Positions 9,131-16,716 of a stretch of 64,000 bases of DNA are shown in pieces (within the stretch, counting starts at the first letter, position 1; each line of letters begins with the position of its first letter). The notes below the pieces were generated by a model, which was given only the letters and a program-made list of their open reading frames with translations, ran no database searches and had not been told where the DNA came from. Position numbers and translations under genes: made by a program. The DNA is from Nostoc sp. DedSLP01 (GTDB taxonomy: Bacteria; Cyanobacteriota; Cyanobacteriia; Cyanobacteriales; Nostocaceae), in NCBI GenBank assembly GCA_034530875.2, contig JAVRCJ020000017.1, positions 130,930-194,929 of the forward strand, in the 5' to 3' direction.

Positions 9131-9835
9131 TTATCCCCCTCTCTTAGGTGGTATGATACCAGATACCACTTAGAAATAAGCCATAGAAATATTCTATGAT
9201 TGCTATAGACTTTTACCTATGGATTCTTAGTACTTTACTGGATCCTTATTCTATCCCCCTCTTATCTGTGGTATGATACCAGATACCATAACCTAGATAC
9301 CGCAGGATAAAAAATGACATTTTATAGATATAGTAATATAATGATATATAGTTATATAGTTAAATGGTTATGAAAAAGTACACAACATTACTCAGACTTC
9401 CAGAAGATGTTAAGGGGCTACTAGAAGCCGCCAAAGCTATTACAGGTAAGTCTCAGCATCAACTAATCCTAGAGGCTATTCAAGAGGCTCTAGGGGGCTA
9501 TCCAGCCGCCCAGCTTACCATTTTAGACAGACTAGATAAAATAGAGGCTCAACTATCCGCATCAAAGTAGCCCATAATACCTATCCTATCTCACTTATTC
9601 CCAGGTATTACCTGGGTTTTCTATTTGGTATCATATCTTGTGGTATCTGGTATGATACCATTAATAAGAGAGAGATAGAATATTATTAGATATTTTAAAG
9701 GTATTATAATATTTTTAATGGTATCTGGTATCATACCGTTAGAGAGAGGGGGGTAGTACAAGTATTCTGGATTGTCCCTATCTTGATACTAAAATAGTGG
9801 TATCTGGTATGACACCACTAAAGAGAGGGGGATAG
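9131..9835. repeat. Five 38 bp iteron/operator-like repeats in divergent orientation
   Basis: Copies at 9131-9168 and 9251-9288 (minus) and 9641-9678, 9719-9756, 9798-9835 (plus). Approximate consensus TGGTATCTGGTATSATACCA-N5-AGAGGGGGATAG-like. Confidence 0.9.
9364..9570 (+). CDS. RHH (CopG/Arc-like) regulator with short coiled coil
   Basis: KYTTLLRLPEDVKGLLEAAKAITGKSQHQLILEAIQEAL; followed by the hairpin CCCAGGTATTACCTGGG and a T run. Confidence 0.75.
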   Translation: MVMKKYTTLLRLPEDVKGLLEAAKAITGKSQHQLILEAIQEALGGYPAAQLTILDRLDKIEAQLSASK

Positions 9836-10003
9836 TATAGAAGTTTGACTGATTAGGGTTATTAAGGGTCATTATTTAGTTCCTTTGGTTATTTGAAAGC
9901 CATTATTTGAATCCTTGGGCACTTAGCCCGGTTGTTTGTGTACTTTTAATACTTCTTTGGTCTTTGGGGCAACTAGCTGGTTACTAGTTGCCCTATTTGA
10001 TGT

Positions 10004-10153
10004 CTAGTCCTCATCCTGAATGCTCAGGTAAAGCCCGATCGCATCTCTGATAATCTCTGAGACAGGCTTCTGTTTTTTATTGCTTACCCGTAGTAGCTTT
10101 GTCTGTACATCGGTGGATAATCTAAGTGTCTGTTGTGCGTCTTGTCTTTTCAT
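10004..10153 (-). CDS. Small CopG-like RHH protein (49 aa, not in ORF track)
   Basis: Hand translation MKRQDAQQTLRLSTDVQTKLLRVSNKKQKPVSEIIRDAIGLYLSIQDED; downstream hairpin GGGCAACTAG...CTAGTTGCCC. Confidence 0.7.
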   Translation of the reverse strand: MKRQDAQQTLRLSTDVQTKLLRVSNKKQKPVSEIIRDAIGLYLSIQDED

Positions 10154-10374
10154 TGGTGTATTTCTTTTGCATCGCTTATCTTTACTTTGTCAGATCCAAT
10201 ATTCAACAGTAGAATCAGGGTTCTAGCCTCTGGGTGTCTCTGATTTCCCCTGTTAAACCTTAAGAGAATCTAAAGATAATCCTAAGTCTGCCTTGATCGC
10301 CTGGGGTAGTAGAACCCACTAAGAAGCCCCAGGAAGTTATTAGACTTCCTGGGGTTACTTGTGCGTTTTAAGAC

Positions 10375-10605
10375 TTAACCGATATACCAGATGTAGATTT
10401 TTCTTGCGTTCTTTCTTCTAGGGGTTAGTTCCCACCAATCCATCATTTTAGCTTCGCGGCAGAAGTCATCAACCATATTAAGTGTTCCGTCCCAATCCCA
10501 ACCTGTCGATTCCATAGCTTCTAGTATTCTGTCGAGAACTTTTTCAACTACAGCCACATCATATCTAGTGGTGTTTACAGGGATTTGTGCAGTTAGATTA
10601 GACAT
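10375..10605 (-). CDS. Hypothetical protein
   Basis: 76 aa ORF with upstream GGAACATTTTA (also upstream of 11971) and a downstream hairpin at ~10327-10354. Confidence 0.55.
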   Translation of the reverse strand: MSNLTAQIPVNTTRYDVAVVEKVLDRILEAMESTGWDWDGTLNMVDDFCREAKMMDWWELTPRRKNARKIYIWYIG

Positions 10606-10691
10606 GATAAAATGTTCCTAAGATTTAAATGTTTTGATTACCAGGAGGAGCCGTTAACTTCTCTTGGTTTTTTACTTTGGGAAATCAACTT

Positions 10692-10838
10692 TTAGGTCAA
10701 GTTGGTATTTGGAAGAATCTTTACTTTGATGTATGCGTTGAGTGAGACAGTCTGACCTTGGGTGTTACTGTATGCCAACTGAGCTTCTAGCAATCTTTGG
10801 TATTCCTCATCCGTCAGTCGAACCGTTATGTGTTTCAT
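10692..10838 (-). CDS. Small MobC/RHH-like protein (48 aa, not in ORF track)
   Basis: Hand translation MKHITVRLTDEEYQRLLEAQLAYSNTQGQTVSLNAYIKVKILPNTNLT; strong RBS GGGAGGTAA. Confidence 0.7.
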   Translation of the reverse strand: MKHITVRLTDEEYQRLLEAQLAYSNTQGQTVSLNAYIKVKILPNTNLT

Positions 10839-11020
10839 TTACCTCCCTGAACTCTATACATCCATAGTAGTCAGTTTAGTTTATGACTACATTAGTAACA
10901 TTACTGTACTTTTAGATATTTTATTTACCTAAATAACTCTCAGCATTCTATTGAAAAACCCCCAGAAGTCCTAGTGAACACTGGGGTAGTATTTAAGGAA
11001 ATATTAGATACTCTTTGACT

Positions 11021-11695
11021 CTATAAATCTCTACCTAGCACACTGTTGATATAAAACATATCTTCAGTGGTCAAATCAGAAGCGTCTGGTACACCTAAAG
11101 GATTTACTCTGGATAGCTCAACTAGTCTGACCAAATCCTGTACTCTTCTGGAGAAACCAGCATGAGAGTAATCATCTGACCAAAAACCACCTTCCTTCAG
11201 AACAGAATCGAGCACAACCTCGAACCACTCGAAACCGCCAATAGGGTCAAAGTTATTCCCGTCTTCACCATGTAGCAAAGTAAGAACTCCTTTGTACAAC
11301 TCTTGGGGGCTACTGTAGGTCTGTCCGCGCCATGTAAGCCCCCCATTACCTATTCTGAAGGTAGAACTTTCTACCCCGGTGTACTCATGGGATAACAGAC
11401 CAATCACAGTTCTAATAAACAAATCTTGACCTTTGGCTTGCCCTAAATCTTTCACTGTGCGTTCATAGACTTTCGGATAGTTTGTAGAGTCCAATAAGCC
11501 ATACTTGATACCTTTTTCGATGACATTATTGTTAAACTCATGAACTCGATTTTGGCTCATTTGTCCCTTAATCTTTTCAGCCATAAGCTGTTGTTCCTTG
11601 GCTTTGGCTTGAGCCGCCTTAGCATCTAAAATGGCTTGTGCCTCGGCCATTTCAGCTTTCAAATCTGCCAACCATTTTTCATTATTGATTTCCAT
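11021..11695 (-). CDS. Hypothetical protein with N-terminal coiled coil
   Basis: 224 aa ORF with upstream AAGGAA RBS; no motif recognised. Confidence 0.7.
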   Translation of the reverse strand: MEINNEKWLADLKAEMAEAQAILDAKAAQAKAKEQQLMAEKIKGQMSQNRVHEFNNNVIEKGIKYGLLDSTNYPKVYERTVKDLGQAKGQDLFIRTVIGLLSHEYTGVESSTFRIGNGGLTWRGQTYSSPQELYKGVLTLLHGEDGNNFDPIGGFEWFEVVLDSVLKEGGFWSDDYSHAGFSRRVQDLVRLVELSRVNPLGVPDASDLTTEDMFYINSVLGRDL

Positions 11696-11709
11696 TTTTT
11701 CGTAGTTCC

Positions 11710-11971
11710 TTAGTATTTTTCAGAGTTAATCAAATGTTGAGCGAGGAAGTTCAAAACTTGGGTATTTTCTGCCAGTTGTACCTCAATGCGTTCAAGAGTT
11801 TCCTGGGTTTTATCTTGGCGATCGCTGAGGTCTTTAATGTCCTTCCGAAGTTGCGTTGGCGATAAGGTAACGGATTTGGGCTGCCATAGAGATCCCATTA
11901 GTTGTAGAAAGGGATTTAAGTTTGTTGTAGATATGTTCATCAAGGGTTATAGGTAGTTTTTTGTTAGCCAT
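11710..11971 (-). pseudogene. RHH + coiled-coil gene split by a 1 nt frameshift (or a 45 aa RHH gene at 11834..11971)
   Basis: MANKKLPITLDEHIYNKLKSLSTTNGISMAAQIRYLIANATSEGH* continues in the +1 frame as DIKDLSDRQDKTQETLERIEVQL...; the span is 262 nt = 87 codons + 1. Confidence 0.6.
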
Positions 11972-12025
11972 AAAATGTTCCGTGTATCTAAATAATGTCA
12001 AGTTAGATATCCTAAGTTAGTCAAC

Positions 12026-13135
12026 CTAGCCAAGAGTTATATTCGGTAACTCTGGGCGGTTAACCAGATGAGCGTAAGTTTGCATAACCATTCGGGTGTC
12101 TTTATGTCCGAGTAAATATGCCACCCCGGTGATCGGCGTACCTTGGTCTATGGCATGACTAGCAGTCGTGTGCCGAGTAGTATACGGTCTTCGGTAATCT
12201 ACACCGACTCTAGTTAATACCTTAATCCAGTATCTTTCTCTGAAGTTACCGTCATCTATTGGTTTTCCTTTGACTGTAGTAAATACTAAGGAATCCTGGT
12301 CAGGTTTAGGAGGTTTGATTGACCACAAGAGTAGGCGTAACTCATCAGTCATTGCTAGATGTCTGCTGCTACCCGTTTTAGTCTCCTTTCTGACCCTCTG
12401 ATAACCATTACCAGCCCAGTCTCTAGAGAGACTTTCATGGATAGTTACAAGCCCTTGGTCAAAGTCCACATGACGCCAACATAACCCAATAGCTTCAGAT
12501 GTCCTAACACCTGTAGCCAGTAAAAACTTAACAAAAGGCGCGTAGTGCATGGCTGACTCTTCAAAGCCCTGAATGATTGCTTTAATCTCTCTGGAGGTAA
12601 AGGGTTTGATCGGTTTAGCGTACACCCTGCGGGTTTTTAGCCCGTCATAGGGGTTACTAGTAACCAAGTTTTTGGATACAGCCCAGCGATAGCATCTTTT
12701 CAAATAACCCAGGCGTTGATTAAAAGTTGAGGCTCCTAAGTTGGATTGGGTCAGCCATGTGGTATCTATCAAGTCTGGGTTAGCTTTAACAATCTGCTGC
12801 CTAATGGCTTTGTAGTGATGCTGTCTGGTAGCTCTTGAAAGGTTGAGGCTGTCTACCCAGTTATCCCACAGTTCTAGCAGCATTTGAGGTTTTGACACCT
12901 GGCTACTGGATTGTATAGATTGCTTTGGGGCTAACCGATAACGGTTTAGCGTCGGGTCAAAGTTCTTAGCTAGGATGTCATTTTGTATTTGGCTGGCGAT
13001 CGCTTGTGCTGTTTTTAAGTCCCTGTTGTTGGTAAACTGCCCCCCAGGTATAGGGTTAAAGCTGTACCGTTTACCACCCACAGAAAACTTTAGTTGAATA
13101 GACCCGTTATTATTAACTGGCTTGATTTCCCTCAC
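12026..13135 (-). CDS. Tyrosine recombinase/integrase with N-terminal arm-DNA-binding domain
   Basis: Catalytic R (TGVRTSE), K (KETKTG), YTTRHT, LLGH and Y (MQTYAH). N-terminus SIQLKFSVGGKRY...DILAKNFDPTLNRY. Confidence 0.95.
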   Translation of the reverse strand: MREIKPVNNNGSIQLKFSVGGKRYSFNPIPGGQFTNNRDLKTAQAIASQIQNDILAKNFDPTLNRYRLAPKQSIQSSSQVSKPQMLLELWDNWVDSLNLSRATRQHHYKAIRQQIVKANPDLIDTTWLTQSNLGASTFNQRLGYLKRCYRWAVSKNLVTSNPYDGLKTRRVYAKPIKPFTSREIKAIIQGFEESAMHYAPFVKFLLATGVRTSEAIGLCWRHVDFDQGLVTIHESLSRDWAGNGYQRVRKETKTGSSRHLAMTDELRLLLWSIKPPKPDQDSLVFTTVKGKPIDDGNFRERYWIKVLTRVGVDYRRPYTTRHTTASHAIDQGTPITGVAYLLGHKDTRMVMQTYAHLVNRPELPNITLG

Positions 13136-13212
13136 TGTCCTAACCCTGTCTTAAAGGTTGTGCTAGGACTTGGTAAGGTGCTTATAGGTAAAGCTTTTTG
13201 AGTTACAAGGCT

Positions 13213-13262
13213 ACACCCTTGGTAAGGGTGAGGTCACGAGTTCAATCCTCGTCACGGGCTTG
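13213..13262 (+). repeat. attR core (duplicated 3' part of tRNA-Thr)
   Basis: Identical to 6258..6307. Confidence 0.95.
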
Positions 13263-13352
13263 CTCTATAAGTTTATAAATCAACATCAAATGCTTTCACT
13301 CACATTAGTTAAAGAGACGAAAGCTAACTTTTGAACTTACATCATTAATAAC

Positions 13353-13439
13353 TTGTTCCGCATTTAAGTTGCATAATTAGGGCGGGCTTCCCGGCGTATC
13401 CCACAATAATTTGATTATGCAATTTAGATGTTTTTCAGC
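13353..13439. repeat. Dispersed palindromic miniature element, copy 1
   Basis: CATTTAAGTTGCATAAT...ATTATGCAATTTAGATG inverted arms; a second copy lies at 26218..26313. Confidence 0.7.
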
Positions 13440-13941
13440 CGCTCGAAAAGCCTCCAGCCTGAATAGTCAAGACTCATATCAACAAACTATGTAATATTTG
13501 ATATTGAATTTTAGTTTGATTAGAGAAAATTTCAAGATAAATACTTTAATTTCAGCAGGGTATTTGCTGCTTTATGAAGTATAAATACCTTATTTACTAT
13601 AAAACTAAATTGCCATCTATCTAAAGATATATATTTATTGATTGGTGTTGATGTTTAATAAAAAACTCCGGAAGAGAAAGTGTTTAATGTCAGTTAATGA
13701 TTTTAAGCATTGTAATTTAATCAACATAGGTTATATGAAGCTATGCAGTGCGTAGATTGAGGAAGATATTTTTAATACTACAATAGTAAAAACCTCACAG
13801 TACAACCTCACAAATATGTCGTCCTGATTTGGGATGAATTAGCGATTCAATGATTCTTAACCTTCGATTCAATTAAAGATAGATCCAGAGAATCGTCTAA
13901 TTCGATACAATTTATAGGCTGAGAGAGCCAAGGAGAACAAG

Positions 13942-15081
13942 GTGGTCTTATTAAAAGGCTTTGAGATTGAGATGTATACTGGCACGCCTCAAGGTGAAAT
14001 CGTTGGTCTCTCCGACAAAATTGTTGCAGCTTTAGATGGATTTGTTCGGGAACCAGATAGCCGCAACGTGGAATATACGACCCAGCCATCGGCGAGTTAC
14101 GAGAAGTTATTGTGTGCGCTACTGCATCCCAGACGGACGTTGCGAAACTACCTCAATCGTTTGGGCAATTACACCCTCATACCAGGGAGTACCTTGTCTT
14201 TAGGTGGAAGCGATCGCTTTGTGCGTTCCGATCCCACTAACCCCTATCATGACTACATCGAGCAAACCTACGGTACAAAAGTAGTCACCGCTAGCGTACA
14301 TATAAATATCGGCATTAGCGACCCAGAAACATTAATGCGGGCGTGTCGGGTGATTCGAACAGAAGCGCCTTTATTTTTAGCCCTGAGTGCTTCGTCTCCC
14401 TTCTTAGATGGCAAAGCAACCGGCTATCATTCGACTCGTTGGGGTCTGTTCCCCCAAACGCCTAGCCAAGTTCCGTTATTTACCAGCCATGCGCATCATA
14501 TTCAGTGGGTAGAGAATCAACTGGCTGCTGGAACAATGCAAAATGTGCGCCATTTATGGTCATCAGTACGACCAAATGGCGATCGCCGTCCCTACGATCT
14601 AAATCGATTAGAACTGCGAATTTGCGATTTAGTCACAGACCCCATTGCCTTACTAGCGATTAGTGCTTTATTAGAAGCGCGTCTGTTACAAGTAATCGAA
14701 AATCCTGGCATCGACCCATTAATCCAAAGTCAGTTTTCTCCCGCAGAACTCGTAGCTTTGACTGCTGAAAACGAAACCGCTGCTGCTGCTACTAGTCTTG
14801 ATGCTCAACTAACCCATTGGCGAGATGGCAGAAGCATCACAGCTAGAGATTGGATTGCCGAAATTTACCACGATGTTTGGGCGATCGCCAAACAAGAGGG
14901 CTTTAGCTGTTTCCTTTCACCTTTGCACAAAATCCTCCGCGAAGGCAATGAAGCTCAACAGTGGTTGCAGTTACACGCAGTAGGTGTTGACAGCCACCGC
15001 GTCATCAATCAAGCTATTATTGCCACTCAAGAACGCGAAATCGAACTCGAAGATAAATTGTGTTCTTCGCTGCTAGCGTAA
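13942..15081 (+). CDS. gshA: Glutamate--cysteine ligase (cyanobacterial type)
   Basis: KGFEIEMY, EPDSRNVEY, ASVHINIG, LWSSVRPNG, LELRICD motifs. Confidence 0.92.
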   Translation: MVLLKGFEIEMYTGTPQGEIVGLSDKIVAALDGFVREPDSRNVEYTTQPSASYEKLLCALLHPRRTLRNYLNRLGNYTLIPGSTLSLGGSDRFVRSDPTNPYHDYIEQTYGTKVVTASVHINIGISDPETLMRACRVIRTEAPLFLALSASSPFLDGKATGYHSTRWGLFPQTPSQVPLFTSHAHHIQWVENQLAAGTMQNVRHLWSSVRPNGDRRPYDLNRLELRICDLVTDPIALLAISALLEARLLQVIENPGIDPLIQSQFSPAELVALTAENETAAAATSLDAQLTHWRDGRSITARDWIAEIYHDVWAIAKQEGFSCFLSPLHKILREGNEAQQWLQLHAVGVDSHRVINQAIIATQEREIELEDKLCSSLLA

Positions 15082-15457
15082 TTGAAGGGACTAGGGAAGA
15101 GGCATAGGAGCACAGGAGAAAATAATAACTCCTTACTCTTGTAAAGACGCGATGAATCGCGTCTCTGCCAATGCCCAATTTCCAATTGCCTTCAAACCAA
15201 TGGTAGATTTTGGGCAAACGATACTCAGCTTAATAGATACAAGTAACTGCTTCATCTATAAAAAACTTAATATTTTCTGATTTCAGCCAAAAATCCTCTC
15301 AGGCAATGTTCTGAGAAGATTTTGGGTTTCGTTTTAAAAATCTAATAGATGGGTAATGCTTGATTATTATTAACAAAACCTATGAATAGCTTCTGTCTTT
15401 TGGTAGATTTTACATTGACAAGAAATTATTTTATACAATACGTAAATTGTACGGATA

Positions 15458-15919
15458 ATGCCTCAGGTAGTTTTAGTTAACCCGCAAATTCCTCCTAATA
15501 CAGGTAACATTGCTCGTACCTGTGCAGCTACGGATACGGAGTTACATTTAGTGGGGCCTTTAGGGTTTGAAATTAGCGATCGCTACCTCAAAAGAGCTGG
15601 CTTGGATTACTGGCCTTATGTCAAGCTGCACTATCACGAATCTATAGAAGCCTTTCAAAGCTTACACCACAAGCGCGGAGGTAGGTGGCTTGGTTATAGT
15701 GTCGCCGGAAGTATTAACTATGTTAGTTTTCAGTTTCAAGCTGATGATTGGTTATTATTTGGTAGTGAAACTACTGGGTTACCACCAACGGTTTTGTCAC
15801 ATTGTGATGCAACCTTATATATTCCTATGAGCCAACCTGGGGTTCGGAGTCTGAACCTCTCAGTGAGTGTAGCAATTGGTTTGTTTGAAAGCCGTCGTCA
15901 GCTAGGCTATTTACAATAG
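15458..15919 (+). CDS. trmL: tRNA (cytidine/uridine-34-2'-O)-methyltransferase
   Basis: PQIPPNTGNIARTC, RAGLDYW, FGSETTGLP and RSLNLS SPOUT motifs. Confidence 0.93.
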   Translation: MPQVVLVNPQIPPNTGNIARTCAATDTELHLVGPLGFEISDRYLKRAGLDYWPYVKLHYHESIEAFQSLHHKRGGRWLGYSVAGSINYVSFQFQADDWLLFGSETTGLPPTVLSHCDATLYIPMSQPGVRSLNLSVSVAIGLFESRRQLGYLQ

Positions 15920-16716
15920 TGATTTACTTAGATTAGTATAAGTACATATACTTAAGTTTTTTCCAGATCCTAATCGGGAGATTTATTTGTAGCAGCAAAA
16001 TTGTTTATTGTTACTGCAAAAGCATTGTCAAAAAATACACCTGAAATGTGATTTTTTAGTAAACTGTAGTGGAAGATACTTACAAGGAAAGGAAGGTTAT
16101 TATAAGAAATTTGTATATTAAATTCGGGATAATGCCAAATTTCAATGATAGATTTTGATGAATTTGCAGCATTCCAGATGGGGGAACAAAAGCACTAAAA
16201 CAGACTCAGAAAGCGCATTTGAGGTAGTTTGGCTCGGATGACCCTCAGATTGCATCCCAAAAGTAGCCGATAGTTAGTACGGTTGTTTTTTAGGGAATAA
16301 TCAACGTAAAGTCTCGTGTTGGGAAGACTGATTGTGTAGAAATATCTTGAAGATATCTACAAGCAGGGGCATCGCTTTTCCAGAAGTCGCAGCAATTTAT
16401 TTTTCGGCAGCGACTATGGACTTGACAAACTATTTGCAAAGTTCCCGTGATTGACGCAAGACAAGCGCGGATAACAGCAAAGAGGAAAACGTCCTAAATG
16501 GTGTGAAGAGTGGTTCGGACAAGCAAACACAGCAATATTTGAAGTTTTGCTAACACATGTGAACTTGTCTAAATCAGAGAAGCAGGTTAATCTTGCGTAA
16601 GCATCTCTGGTGAATGCGATCTCGATTCATCGTTCATTGCGATCTAAATCATTGACTAGTATCCAATTGAAAAATCGAGGTCAGTTAAGCGCTAGCGATC
16701 GTTAAGGAGGTCGTCT

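Larger units (their letters stand above)
6258..13262. mobile_element. tRNA-Thr-integrated element of ~6.95 kb, candidate phage satellite
   Basis: Perfect 50 bp direct repeat of the tRNA 3' portion, tyrosine integrase next to attR, and otherwise small hypothetical, RHH and terminase-like ORFs. Confidence 0.92.

Noticed and set aside
9641..9835. CRISPR array (38 bp repeats with 40-41 bp spacers)
   Set aside because: The period is CRISPR-like, but the copies differ at many positions, two further copies are inverted with a 120 bp period, there is no GTT...AAC/GAAAC-type terminus, and no cas genes are present. An iteron or operator array fits better.
11710..11943. 77 aa ORF as called by the ORF track
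   Set aside because: Its first half is the off-frame reading of the RHH gene starting at 11971; only the C-terminal coiled coil looks real.
13213..13262. Second tRNA-Thr gene
   Set aside because: Only the 3' 50 nt are present, with no 5' acceptor strand or D-arm. It is attR.
6258..13262. Heterocyst-type developmental excision element (nifD/fdxN/hupL-like) or a complete prophage
   Set aside because: It restores a tRNA rather than interrupting a protein gene, and it has no structural or lysis genes.
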